Shown piece after piece: positions 1 through 12,888 of a stretch of 64,000 bases of DNA. Each line of letters opens with the position of its first letter. The first letter of the stretch is position 1. The notes under the pieces are model-generated. The model was not told where the DNA came from. It ran no database searches and saw only the letters and a list, made by a program, of their open reading frames with translations. The position numbers were made by a program, and so were the translations under genes. The stretch is taken from contig NC_091287.1 in assembly GCF_032444005.1 (NCBI RefSeq), forward strand, positions 68,634,001 through 68,698,000. Reading direction: 5' to 3'. The stretch is from Ranitomeya imitator (lineage: Eukaryota).

Positions 1-1505
1 CAACTATGGGAGACAAACTGAGAAAAAAAATCCAGAAAATCACATTGTCTGTTTTTTTAACATTTTATTTGCATATTATGGTGGAAAATAAGTATTTGGT
101 CAGAAACAAAATTTCATCTCAATACTTTGTAATATATCCTTTGTTGGCAATGACAGAGGTCAAACGTTTTCTGTAAGTCTTCACAAGGTTGCCACACACT
201 GTTGTTGGTATGTTGGCCCATTCCTCCATGCAGATCTCCTCTAGAGCAGTGATGTTTTTGGCTTTTCGCTTGGCAACACGGACTTTCAACTCCCTCCAAA
301 GGTTTTCTATAGGGTTGAGATCTGGAGACTGGCTAGGCCACTCCAGGACCTTGAAATGCTTCTTACGAAGCCACTCCTTCGTTGCCCTGGCGGTGTGCTT
401 TGGATCATTGTCATGTTGAAAGACCCAGCCACGTTTCATCTTCAATGCCCTTGCTGATGGAAGGAGGTTTGCACTCAAAATCTCACGATACATGGCCCCA
501 TTCATTCTTTCATGTACCCGGATCAGTTGTCCTGGCCCCTTTGCAGAGAAACAGACCCAAAGCATGATGTTTCCACCACCATGCTTTACAGGTATGGTGT
601 TTGATGGATGCAACTCAGTATTCTTTTTCCTCCAAACACGACAAGTTGTGTTTCTACCAAACAGTTCCAGTTTGGTTTCATCGGACCATAGGACATTCTC
701 CCAAAACTCCTCTGGATCATCCAAATGCTCTCTAGCAAACTTCAGACGGGCCCGGACATGTACTGGCTTAAGCAGTGGGACACGTCTGGCACTGCAGGAT
801 CTGAGTCCATGGTGGCGTAGTGTGCTACTTATGGTTGGCCTTGTTACATTGGTCCCAGCTCTCTGCAGTTCATTCACTAGGTCCCCCCGCGTGGTTCTGG
901 GATTTATGCTCACCGTTCTTGTGATCATTCTGACCCCACGGGGTGGGATTTTGCGTGGAGCCCCAGATCGAGGGAGATTATCAGTGGTCTTGTATGTCTT
1001 CCATTTTCTAATTATTGCTCCCACTGTTGATTTCTTCACTCCAAGCTGGTTGGCTATTGCAGATTCAGTCTTCCCAGCCTGGTGCAGGGCTACAATTTTG
1101 TTTCTGGTGTCCTTTGACAGCTCTTTGGTCTTCACCATAGTGGAGTTTGGAGTCAGACTGTTTGAGGGTGTGCACGGGTGTCTTTTTATACTGATAACAA
1201 GTTTAAACAGGTGCCATTACTACAGGTAATGAGTGGAGGAAAGAGGAGACTCTTAAAGAAGAAGTTACAGGTCTGTGAGAGCCAGAAATCTTGATTGTTT
1301 GTTTCTGACCAAACACTTATTTTCCACCATAATATGCAAATAAAATGTTAAAAAAACAGACAATGTGATTTTCTGGATTTTTTTTCCTCAGTTTGTCTCC
1401 CATAGTTGAGGTCTACCTATGATGTAAATTACAGACGCCTCTCATCTTTTTAAGTGGTGGAACTTGCACTATTGCTGACTGACTAAATACTTTTTTGCCC
1501 CACTG
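1..1505 (-). mobile_element. Tc1/mariner DNA transposon, young; left TIR cut by the window edge
   Basis: 1-110 is the reverse complement of ~1298-1410. The ~210-bp TIR ends ...CCCCACTG at 1505 followed by TA (1506-1507). It encloses an intact transposase ORF. Confidence 0.97.
119..1138 (-). CDS. Tc1-family transposase (339 aa, DD34E)
   Basis: Paired-like N-terminus, GRPR-like SGAPRK, WSDET, HDNDPKH and SPDLNPIE, with 34 residues between the second D and the [10 protein letters not shown] lacks one codon relative to the usual TVKHGGG. Confidence 0.95.
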   Translation of the reverse strand: MVKTKELSKDTRNKIVALHQAGKTESAIANQLGVKKSTVGAIIRKWKTYKTTDNLPRSGAPRKIPPRGVRMITRTVSINPRTTRGDLVNELQRAGTNVTRPTISSTLRHHGLRSCSARRVPLLKPVHVRARLKFAREHLDDPEEFWENVLWSDETKLELFGRNTTCRVWRKKNTELHPSNTIPVKHGGGNIMLWVCFSAKGPGQLIRVHERMNGAMYREILSANLLPSARALKMKRGWVFQHDNDPKHTARATKEWLRKKHFKVLEWPSQSPDLNPIENLWRELKVRVAKRKAKNITALEEICMEEWANIPTTVCGNLVKTYRKRLTSVIANKGYITKY

Positions 1506-1507
1506 TA

Positions 1508-2862
1508 GCTACTGAGGGCTGACACATCAAGGATATTGGAAAAAAGTGCAACAGGCCAACGTTTAGCCTGCCTTTTACACGAATATTCAGTAATCATTTC
1601 GTCCATCTTGTCGACACCTCCTTTTGTCTTAATATAATGAAGTATAATTTCAGGTTTTTGTTTCCTGTCATTGGTGTCAATACTTTCATCGTGATGCATT
1701 GTGCTCAGTAATATCACAGATTTTTCTTTCTTGGCTTTATAGGACACCATTGTTGCCTCATTGCAGAAACCGAATACACTCTCGTAGATTGGTCGCTGTG
1801 CATTGTGCTTCATTATTGGTGGAATTTCGCGGCGGTTTGGTCTCATTGTACCAACAAGTGTTAGTTGTTTCTGAAGCAAAAAATTGGCCAGTTCTAAATT
1901 AGTAAAATAATTATCCATAGTGATATTTTTTCCAGAATGGAAAATTGGTAAAGCTAGTGTTTTCACTATGTTGGAACATAGATCTTTCTGGACTGGAGCA
2001 TCAGCTTCTTTTCCACAGTAAATCATGCCATTCATCCCATAATAAGTTGCTGAATCGCACATCCAGAAAATTTTTATGCCGTATTTAGCTGGCTTACTGG
2101 GCATATATTGGATAAATTTGCAACGTCCCCTAAAGGCAAGAAGTTGTTCGTCCACTGTCACATATTCGCTAGAATTGTAAAGTTTGTAACAGTTCTTGAT
2201 AAAAAGATTCCATATATAGCTAATAGGCGCTAATTTATCGGTTGCCAACCTCACAGGCCGAGTTCTCTTTTCATCAAAACGAATACATCTCTGAATAGCC
2301 TCAAATCTATCTACGGACATAGTGGATTTGTAATGTAGATCTGCAAATGGGTACAGAAATAACTCTCTGATTGGCACATCATATGATTTAGTCGACCCTG
2401 CCAGAAGAGTAAGGCCAATATAGGCATATAGTTCCTCTTTAGTTAAATTTTTCCAAGTTTTTTTTTTTTCCGAAGCAATACGTTTACCTTCCACATTCGT
2501 ACACAAAACTACCTCATCTGCAATATCATCTGAAACAAATTTACTGAAAACATCTTTTTTGGACATGAATTGGGAAATTTCGACAGCTCCTTGAGGAACT
2601 CTAATAATGTTATGTGATGGGGTGCGTGCGTGAGCCACAGCAGTACTGTTCCAAAAAACATTTGTTTTAGATGTTCTACTTGCACATTCTGCTGGATCCA
2701 TTACTTCTTCATCATCTGAGGAATCGCTGGACGATGAAGTTGATACATTAGCTGGTGAATATACTCTTCATCCGACAAAGAAATGTCATTGTCTTCATCA
2801 CTATTGAAAATAATCGCCTCAATTTCTTGGACAGTCAATCCCCTTGATGTAGACTGTGCCAT
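1508..2862 (-). pseudogene. piggyBac (PGBD4-like) transposase, frameshifted near 2760 and C-terminally interrupted by Tc1
   Basis: Catalytic motifs VTVDEQL, TMDNYFT and GGVDKMD lie in ORF 1469..2701. The acidic N-terminus MAQSTSRGLTVQEIEAII..SDEE starts at ATG 2862 in another frame. The last residues of the listed ORF (SGAKKYLVSQQ) come from the Tc1 TIR. Confidence 0.9.
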
Positions 2863-3551
2863 TGTAATCTTAGATGTGAGTAAACTAAAATGAAAAGTAA
2901 AAAATAAAGATTACAATCAGGCTTGTGCACTATACACTGTGTGTGCTAAGACTTTGTTAGTGTTTGTGTGCTTAGGGTAAAGTACAGCCCCCCTACTCTT
3001 ACCTTCAACAGATCACTTTCTTGTAAGTGCAGTAGAAGCCTCTGGTTTTGGAGCTCAGAAAGGTTCTTTGTTACAGACCAAAGAAAGCTGACTTCTTCCT
3101 CCAAAGTCTCTCCAGCAACTAGGATTTAGGACTAAAGGACCTGTACTGACATCATAATCACGTTACTCTGTGAGGGGAAACTCCCTTCCAGGATCACATT
3201 ACCATGTCAGGCAGAATCCACACTCTTCCCAGCAACAGCCATCGACCAATAGTCATAAAGACTGAGTCATAAGTTCTTCCCCAACAACAGTACAGACAAA
3301 AAGACTGAGGAGTACATGTAAACCAAAGCAGGCCTCAAAGGCCCCAGGTACGTGAATCTGGGGTAGTCACAAAAAAAGCGTTGCTATACGAGATGCCTAT
3401 AACATAAAAATATATGAACAACTGGATATTACTAACAACTATATACCTGAGGATTACCTTGAGTTTCAAAATTCTAACTAATGTAGTTTTACAGATAATA
3501 GAAAACAAGTAACCTAGCAGGCCTGCGAGGCCCCAGGTACGCGTTCTAGGG
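1508..3551 (-). mobile_element. piggyBac element, 5' part; 3' part displaced by the Tc1 insertion
   Basis: On the minus strand the end reads TTAA|CCCTAGAACG (TTAA 3552-3555), a piggyBac-type terminus. A 25-bp subterminal direct repeat lies at 3328-3352 and 3517-3541. A transposase follows. Confidence 0.85.
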
Positions 3552-4499
3552 TTAAAAATGAATGAATCTGATATTCAAAGACTTTTCTCAAAGGAAGGAG
3601 GTAACTCAGACCTGTACATTTCTAGCTAACATATTGATTCTTTCTTGATTTTTTTCATAATTGACTTGCTCATGATGACTGGGATAGTAAGATCAGATTG
3701 CTGAGGAAACTAAGAACAATATAAATTAGTTTAATTCCCTGCAAAATATTCTTTACTGTCATCCCTAAAGGAACATGGAAAAATAGGATACAAAGAGAGG
3801 TCCAAGTGGTGGCGTGAACTGATTATCAAGGGGGCACCAAAGAACATGAGTGCAATCAAAACATAAGCATATAGTATATTAATGAGTTTTGGGTGCTAAT
3901 AAGTAGTTTTTAACTAATATCGTAAGTAGGGATTAATAAACTCAGAAACAGACTGGCGCTGGTTACTGGCTGACGTGTTTGTGAAACATAGTAGGGTGAG
4001 CCTGTTTACTCTAAAAACAACAAATAAATTTAATGTAGTATATTAAGAAACATTGCCTCTTAAAATTCAGAATTCAGTAACTGATGGAGTAATCCCGACA
4101 ATTAACCAATTAGATGGTATTGTCAATAGTGACCGCAGCATCTGGGAGGTACTGTAGATTAATTGACACCTCCCTTCCCCATATGCTGATGTGTTGCCAT
4201 TGCCGGCCCCCAGCTCTGCTGTGGGTACGAGCCAATTAAATCATGCTTGTGAGTGCAACATATTAATTCTAATGAATTAACAATCCAAACAAGTGACTGC
4301 AGGTTTCCAAGTTTAAAACTTACAAAGTTAATTATTTGAGAAAAATAGACATAATTAGCATTGCAGCATCTATGAACTATAAAAAGACTAATAAAAATTT
4401 AAAAGATAGTGCATAGATATATTTTTCCTATGTTAGTCTGAAAAAATATCTTTCTTATTTTTTGATGTTAAAGAGGCTGTTCATTACTAGGAAAACCCC

Positions 4500-5210
4500 T
4501 TCTCAATCTGAATGTTTTCCCCCGTTAAAATAAAAACACTTATACTTACCTTCCATGCCAGCACCATTCCATTAGTGCTGGCATCGCGATACCGGGGCTC
4601 ATGTGCGGTTGTTATTACACATGAGCCCTGCATCGGGGCATGTGGAAAGAGCTGGGCAAAGCACTAGAATTGGTGCATCTTTTTGATGCGCCTGTTTGGA
4701 GTGGATGTGGGCTGCTATATTTAGGCTGGGGAGGGCCAATATCCATGTCCCCTTCCAAGTCTGAGAATACTAGCCCCCAGCTGTATACTAGCCCCCAGCT
4801 GTCTGCTTTTGCTTGGCTGGTTATCAAAAGTGGGGCAGACCCATTTTTAACATTTTTTAAATAATTTTCAAAAACAACATGGAGACCACTCTATTTTTGA
4901 TAACTAGGCAATATAAAGCTTACAGCTAGGACTGCAACTCGCAGCTCTTGGTTTTGCCTGGACTCGTTATAAAAAATAGACAAGACCGCACGTCTTTTTT
5001 TACACAATGTGCGCTTTCCAATATCAGCCATGCCAATAATTGACATGGCTGTGATTGAGCACACTAAACATTGTTCAAGCCTTTCAACACTCTTTGTTTG
5101 GGCTGCCAAACCTGAACAATAACATGGACTTCCTGGAGAAATCCATGTTCGAGGTCCAAGGTTTTTTGGTACGGATCACAAACTTTACCGCTCATGTTCG
5201 CCCATCCCTA
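4500..5210. mobile_element. Degenerate MITE-like fragments, including the right end of a TAGGGATG-type hAT MITE
   Basis: Ends GTTCGCCCATCCCTA at 5210, resembling the hAT-type termini elsewhere in the window. No matching left end or TSD was found. Confidence 0.35.
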
Positions 5211-7496
5211 TTCAAGACCTCTACATTGCTCTGATTATACACAGGCAAAGCTGCCTTTGCTTAGAGTACTGGTGAGAGAACAGTTTGGGCCAGTAGTGCA
5301 ACTATGTCACTGACTTGACCTGTCAGTCAGAAAAGGAGTACCTCCCCTACACACAGGACAAGTAGGAAGCCGGTAGGCAGGAGAGCAGTGAACTCTTGAA
5401 CATCAATATGATATATTCCCGTAAATAGATGTGTTTTATATACAAAGGAAACTTATCTGAACCAAACATCATACACTGAAAAGGTTTCTATACGGTGATA
5501 TTTTAACAAAGACTCTATACCAATGAAATGCTGTATTGTTTCATAGATATTTTAATTTGACTTTAATTGTTATGTAAAACCACATACATAAAAGATCTGA
5601 TCCGAGATCAGTAGGTAGCTTCATAACGAGTTGTATTTTTATAGGAGCTTGTGCATGAGAATGGGGCAATAAGGATGGTAATATAATAAGAGGGATAGAA
5701 CATGTAAAGCTAAGTGTCTCTAGAATATCTAATAACAGATGATAAAAAGGAGCCCGCCTAATACGTTCTGCAATATTGCATTATGTCAGAGAATTTGACA
5801 TCTTCATAGGACACAGAGGCACAATTCAGCAGCTATGCTTAACTCAAATAAATGCAGGTCTGTACTCATGTCGTCCCCATGGGTAGAGTCACTGGAATGT
5901 TTCAATGGCCCTTTTGACAAATTCTCCAGTAGCCATTGAGGGCATTGCTATCTAGAATAAAACAATTCGTCACGTTCCCCATGGACCAGCAAGCTATTAC
6001 AGAGACAAACATTTTGCCAGAGACTGTAGCAGTTTTATCATGTCCTACTTTACCGGAATTGCACTCACCACGCGCTCCTCTACACAGTGACAGAGCTGTG
6101 TTTGGGAAGAGGAAATTGAACCATTTCATCAATGTGTAAGTTATTTTTGTGATGCTTCCTATAAAAATACTTCCCCTCACAATAAGTCAATAGATTAAAT
6201 ACTTGGTGTTAAAATTTGGACAGTGCTACCCCATAAAAAGCTTAAAGGAAATGAATGAATCACCTTTCTTTGCTGAAAGAACATCGATTTAAAGGTTTGT
6301 TCTTTTTTCCAGATTTAAATAAAAGAAGTGATGATGACATATCTGGTTCATTTATGACCACAACAAAAGTTTTATCTTAGCTCAGAGGTTTCCAACTTTT
6401 CTAGCTCTCAAGACCATTATCAAAAACCAAGGAGGGCATTGAGCCACACTGAATATTAAGAGGGAAAAAGCTTGTGTTCAGATCTAGTTTTGCATCTTGG
6501 TACCAAGTTCTAAGACTATGTTCTCACAATGATTTCTTGATGTTGCAGATTTTCGGCACCATTTCTGCATATATTAGGTAAATTAGGTTACTTGCATTTT
6601 TGACTGCATTTATTCACATGCTTTTTTATCATTTTTTTATGCTGTATTTATTGCTTCTTGTTGATATGTCTTGTTTTAAACAAAGCATCTTTGACTTTCA
6701 TACTTCCTGGTATTTGACATTACAAAACTTTACTGATACAGCCATGCACTGCATGTCAGTCTATACTGAGCAAAAAGAAGCTCCGTGAGCTTGAAATTTC
6801 TATAAATTTCATTCATGTTGTTTCATATTGTAAGACAATATGAAGGGTCAAAAACTCACAAAAACCTCATCAAGGGCACACAGCCTAATAATGTTATTCT
6901 AATATCATTATTGGTATAATTAATGCTTAATAGTCTGTTGTCAGATCTCACCAGTGCAGAATAGCTAAGAAGCCACTGGTCAACCTGATAGTCAAATGTG
7001 GGTCTCAAACTACTGAGGATCCACCTTACTGGTGTCAGCACATCAGCCTGCCTAACACTGCCCTAACATAGTATTCTCTTACTGGAAATGTCAACCTGTG
7101 TTATTTTAGTTTCTTGATTGTACACTACTAAGAAAGTTAAAGGGAACCTGTCAATACATTTTTCATTTCATATCCAAAAGGAACGCTAGCTATAATGTCA
7201 ACAACTTTGGTGACATTAAAGTATACCAGTATCTTAATCTTCTGAGTTCTGGACTCTGCCATCCTGGCCTTTCATTTATCAGCACCTTCAAGCAGAGGTC
7301 ATTCGCCAAACTCTTGTCAATTACTCTCCACTCCTCATGACTCCATTTCTTCCCACAGTGGTAAAAAGGCTGCCTGGCATCCCTTTTTCTGATGGGTGGT
7401 CAAGTGGGATTCCATCCCAAATGTAATTCAAATTCTAGACTTGTCACTAAAAAATAAATCCGAAAAAACCTTTATGTTTATTTCATTTCACACAGG

Positions 7497-7557
7497 CAAT
7501 CTGCTGTATTTACCATGAGGTTTCGGCCAATTGGGAGGTCTTCATCAGAACAGATTG
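7497..7557 (-). ncRNA. Type I hammerhead ribozyme motif
   Basis: Minus strand: CAAUC UGUU CUGAUGA A GACC UCCCAAUU GGCC GAAA CC UCAU GG UA AAUA CAGCA GAUUG. The core is complete, stems I-III form, the triplet is GUA, and stem II has one mismatch. Confidence 0.7.
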
Positions 7558-7683
7558 CAATACCATGTGTCATTAATGAATAAAGCAGTGCTTCAGGAGT
7601 AAGTGCCCACACAACTGAAGTGCTTACTCCTGAAGCGCTACCAGCACTTACATTACCTTATACATCAATGACACACTGTTTTA

Positions 7684-7743
7684 CAATTGTTCCAATGAAG
7701 GCCTACCAATTGGCCAAAACCTCATGATAAATGCAGTGGATTG
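7684..7743 (+). ncRNA. Degenerate hammerhead motif (inverted sister copy)
   Basis: CCAAUGA A GGCC UACCAAUU GGCC AAAA CC UCAU GA UA: stem II is perfect but the core is mutated. Confidence 0.5.
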
Positions 7744-10700
7744 CCTGTTTGAAATTAAACAACCATGAAGATTCTTTTTGTATTTATTTTGAAGTGACAA
7801 GTCTATAACTTGCATTCCATTGCTTCTCATTTCCTTCTTGAGACACTTTGGCAAATCTCTGTACTCTCCCGATTCTTGCTTTGGTCAGTGGCAGCTCTTT
7901 TAATAAAGAGGTTTTCTCCACCACTCATTCGGGCTACTCAAATTCATCTACATAGGATAATCTCAGAGGCAACATCTCTTCCATGACATAGTCTGACTAA
8001 TGTCTCGGTCTCCCACAATCAATTCCCATACTCTTCAGGAGAAGGAGGACTAACCTGCCAGTATTGCCCTCTGCGACTGACCCTAATGCACAAATCTCAC
8101 CCAGTAAACAATGGTAAAATCCAGTTCACCTTGGGTGTGTAACCCCATGATTGCTTCAACAGCTTTGTACCCACACTCACCTATTCCTTCAGACACAAAA
8201 CACACCATCAAGTGCAATCAACATTATTTCGCTAAGTGAAGCATACATAAGGACTAAGCACCCAATAATGTTATTATACAGAATACATTAATCAGCACTC
8301 AGCAGCATTTATAATTTTGTGCTCAGCTAGCAGAAAGTCAGCATTGTGCTGACAAAACCACACCCAACAGCTTATCCTAGTTTCACTAAAGGGGAATCCA
8401 GGGGATAGGGGATCACTTCCTGATCTCCAAGACTAATATCACTAACACCACTGAGACCCCCGCCAATCCTGAGAACTCAGCTCATGTGAACAGAATGGTA
8501 GTCGCTGACTCTTAATGGGACTAATAGAAGTAGCCAAGTGCTGCGTTTGGCTGGTTTTAGGCATTCCCATAAGAATGATCGACCACCAATACTTCGATCA
8601 CATGAGGCTCTTTATAGACCAGTTTTCAAGATTGGTGGTTGTAACAGAGTGCCACCCCCAGAATGTTTTCATTGACCATACTGTAATCAGGCCTATTTTA
8701 GCACCCCTTGTCCTGCATCTGGTGGGGGTATGTTTGTGTATGTTCTTTATTGCAGGAAATAATCAGACAGGCTAAGACTGGGCTTCTGGAAGCTAATTCA
8801 TCCATTGAGCAATGTTTAAGGGGTTATGATGTGAGTATCTCTGCCCAACAAGGTGGGCTGATCTTAAGAGAGGTAGGACAATAAGCTACATGTTGGGTTC
8901 GCGAGTTGGTGCTGTGTCTTGTGAAAGTCAAGGATCTATTGATGAGGCTAGGTCCTGGTGCTGTTTATGGAGATTAAAAATCAGTTGCCACATGTGATTG
9001 TGATGTCTTGTCCACCTTGTTAGATTTGAGGAACTAGTCTAAAGACTGCTGTTGCATCTTACTTGGCACCAGATTACCAGGTGGCGACCCTGGCTTTGTT
9101 CGTTTTGTTGCGGCCACAGTGCAGACTCTAAGGAATCATATATATGTTTGGTCTTATGGTCTCCCAGTCTTTATAAAAAGCTTTTGGATTGTTCACCGGC
9201 CTGCTGTCCCTGCCTGCTCTGTCCATACCCTGTCACAGTGGGCATCCCAGTGGTTGAACCCACGACGATGGTAACTTATCCCCTCTTATAAGTAAAGGGA
9301 AATGTCCAATTTAGAAAATACCCCTTTATTCTAGTGGAGGATGAAGATTTTGGCGTATAGCATGTCAGACATTTCACACAACATAGCCATTAAGATCATT
9401 ATCTGTGCAGACACTGAACAAGTAGGGCTACCAGAAGATTTGATAGCCTGAGAGCTACAATAAAGGGTCAGTGATATCAATCCTCTGAAGTCATTTGTAT
9501 GATATATAGCAGCAGTTTACCTGAGGAGAATAGGTAACCCAGTGAACTTAGTCTGACTTCATGCAAAACCCATAACGGGGGAAAGGCATTTACGTATATG
9601 TAGTGTTATTGCTTACTCATCTTGTGTTTGAGAAATCTACAACCTGGGGCATATTTAAACTAAAGCTGACACAAAGAACAACTTTTGCTTCCTATGGGAA
9701 ATTTTCAACCTACTCCTTGCAATTTCCACACTCTAACAATGACTCGGGGAATGCCTGTGGCCTTGACAAATGGTTTTGCTTCCGAATACAGAAATTTGCT
9801 GGGATACTGCTCCCGGAGATGAAGTGGAAAAATAAAGAAAAAACACAGGCTGTTCAATAGTTCATGACTTGTTTGGGCAATTATTACTGATTAAATGATA
9901 GTACTGCATTGTGCATACTGTAACTAAAGTCGCCATGATGGAGCGTAAATATAATTTGTCACTATGGATTATTCATTATGATCTTACATTACATTCGGCA
10001 CACTGCACATTATCTAACGCTTGCACAGTATTTATAATTGGAGCTTTATGCCTTAGGATTTCTGGGTATAATTTGTAGGTATTAGAACTATTTTACATGA
10101 ATAATTCGATGTGCCATCACTGAAGAGGGAAACTATACACATTATCATCAGGCCAGGAGAATGTTTCTCATGTCGTCCATAGACTTTTCACATTGCTATA
10201 AAGTGTGTACATATGTCTGTCTAGTTACTGTGCTAGCTCATATACATTACCTTATTGGCTGCATCCATCAATTTCAGTGGGATCTGCCAACCATCTAATG
10301 AGTATGGGGGACTTTTGACTTTCCTTGACAGATGATGTCGGGAGGAGAGAAGGATTAGGTATATTAAACTCCAATGCCTTATCCTTTTGGTTCTGCTTGG
10401 CATTAAGTCACCACCACCATAACTCCACTTTCCCTCTTCGGAATAGATGAACACTCGACCGACCCAAACATGACTTTAGCGGTGAGGTGGTCAGAAGGAA
10501 TAGCTATCAACCAAATGCAGTGAAAACAAAGATATACTTCTCTGTGACAGCCAAATGTATTCCAAAATGACATTTTTTCGCCATGCATTTTTCCAAAAGA
10601 AGCCTATGACCATTTCTCGATGTACTGTTTATGCATATTATCATGCTGAAATGTGATTTAAATGTAATCCTAGGATAGCTTCACACATTTAGGAATGTGA

Positions 10701-10770
10701 GCCCATTTCCACTCTGATTTAGAGCCATAGAAACAAACCCAACTGCAGGTCTTACAAAGCAAATTATCAT

Positions 10771-11180
10771 AGGAATCTGTCAGCAGGTTTTTGCTATTTA
10801 ATCTGAGAGCATCATGATACAAGGGCAGAGTCCTTGTCTTCAGCAATGTGTCTCTTACTGGGCTGTGTTTTGCAGTTTTAATAAAGTCGATGTTAAATCA
10901 GCAGGAGATCATCACTACAGGACAACTGTCCTCGTGCCTTCTGGTCCAACTGCACCGAGCACTGATTAGCAGCTTTCTATCAATGTAAAATGTACACAGA
11001 AATCTGCCAATCAGTGATGTGGGTGGGGGTTATACAGAGCTCAGCATTCAGAGAACTGCTAGATCTGCAAAACAGGGAAAATGGGGATTCTATCACAACT
11101 GCTGTATCCAGTAAACTAAGTGTCTCTGTCCCTACATCATGCTGCTGTCAGATTGCACAGTAAAAAACTGCTGAACGTTT
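10771..11180. mobile_element. Degenerate T2/Kolobok-type MITE
   Basis: Imperfect termini AGGAATCTGTCAGCAG ... CTGCTGAACGTTTCCCT, followed by TTTAA. Confidence 0.4.
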
Positions 11181-11273
11181 CCCTTTTAAACTTGCAATGT
11201 GGTTAGGACTTGTGACTTTAATATTGGTACAGAAAAGCCATTAAAAAAAATTGTTAAATTAGATTTTTCCATA

Positions 11274-12888
11274 TCTACTTTATAATTGTCTAAGGGTCAC
11301 TTCCGTCTTTCTGTCTGTCTGTCTTTCTGTCTGCCTGTAACGGAAATCCCAAGTCGCTGATTGGTCGCGGCAAAACAGCCACAACCAATCAGCGATGGGC
11401 ACAGTCAGGCGGCGGCTCCTTACTCCACGCAGTCAGCGCCCGCTCCATACTCCCCTCCAGTCAGCGCTCACACAGGGTTAATGGCAGCGCTAACGGACCG
11501 CGTTATGCCACGGTGTAACGCACTTCGTTAACGCTGCTATTAACCCTGTGTGACCAACTTTTTACTATTGATGCTGCCTATGCAGCATGAATAGTAAAAA
11601 GATCTAATGATAAAAAAAAAAAATAGTTGTATACTCACCGTCCGTCAGCCCCTCAGATCCAGAACAGGCCTTTCCCACTCCTCGCGATGCTCCGGTGACC
11701 GCTCCATGCATTGTGATCTCGCGAGATGATGATGTAGCGGTCTCACGAGACAGCTACATCATCATCTCGCGAGACCGCAATGCACTCTTGAGACCGAAGC
11801 GCATGAGGAGCATCGGTAAACGCTTCGCCTGGATCCGGGGGCCAACGGAAGGTGAGTATATAACTTTTTTATATTTTAATTCTATTTTTTTACCGGGATA
11901 TGATGCCCACATTGCTATATACTATGTGGGCTGTGCAATATACTATGTGGGCTGTGCAATATACTGCGTGGGCTGTGCAATATTCTGCATGGGCTGTACA
12001 ATATACTATGTGGGCTGTGCAATATACTACGTGGGCTGTGCAATATACTGCATGGGCTGTGCAATATACCACATGGGCTGTGCAATATACTATGTGGGCT
12101 GTGCAATATACTACGTGGGCTGTGCAATATACTACATGGCTGTGCTATATACTTCGTGGGCTGTGCTATATACTATGTGGCTGTGTTATAGCTTATGTGG
12201 CCTGTGTTATACACTACATGGGCTGTGTTATACACTACATGGGCTGTGCTATATACTGCATGTGTGGGCTGTTATATACTATGCGAGCTGTGTTATATGC
12301 TACGTGGGCTGTTTTAAACTATGTGGCTGTGTTATATGCTATGTGGGCTGTTATACACTCCGTGGGCTGTGCTATATACTACATGGCTGTGCTATATACT
12401 CCGTGGGCTGTGTTATATACTACGTGGCTGTGCTATATACTCTGTGGGCTGTGCTATATACTCTGTGGGCTGTGCTATATACTACGTGGCTGTGCTATAT
12501 ACTACGTGGCTGTGCTATATACTATGTGGCTCTGCTATATAATATGTGGCTGTGCAATATACTACGTGTCTGTGCTATATACTCCGTGGGCTGTGTTATA
12601 TACTACGTGGCTGTGCTATATACTACGTGGCTATGCTATATACTACGTGGCTCTGCTATATACTATGTGGCTGTGCAATATACTACGTGGCTGTGCTATT
12701 TACTATGTGGGCTGTTATATACTACGTGGCTGTGCTATATACTCCGTGGCCGGCCGTGAACAATCAGCGACAGGCACCATCCGGCCGGCCAAATCCTGTG
12801 TATTCAATGTATTATTCTAAAATCTTCATAAATAAACTACATACATATTCTAGAATACCCGATGCGTTAGAATAGGGCTACCATCTAG
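11274..12888 (+). mobile_element. Non-autonomous Helitron
   Basis: 5' A|TC at 11273-11275 and 3' CTAG|T at 12885-12889, with a subterminal hairpin CCCGA..TAGGG (12858-12877). No TIR or TSD, consistent with insertion into an AT dinucleotide. Confidence 0.75.
11913..12750. repeat. Minisatellite, 20-21-bp unit (ATATACTAYGTGG[G]CTGTGC[A/T]), ~40 copies, inside the Helitron
   Basis: Directly visible tandem array. 21-bp units dominate the left part (7-aa periodicity in the ORF track) and 20-bp units the right part. Confidence 0.95.

Larger units (their letters stand above)
7485..7755. repeat. 271-bp foldback (inverted repeat) element
   Basis: ~95-bp arms (7485-7580 versus revcomp of 7660-7755) are ~80% identical by eye. 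An inner inverted pair GCTTCAGGAGTAAG / CTTACTCCTGAAGC surrounds the centre. Confidence 0.85.

Noticed and set aside
8450-9290. Possible very old Gypsy pol/integrase remnant on the minus strand
   Set aside because: Only vague motif resemblance across frameshifts; it cannot be supported without a profile search.
11695-12875. Long ORFs (354 and 306 aa) rich in YVGCAIY / YTMWAVQ
   Set aside because: They are translations of a 20-21-bp minisatellite, open in several frames and on both strands, with no domain.
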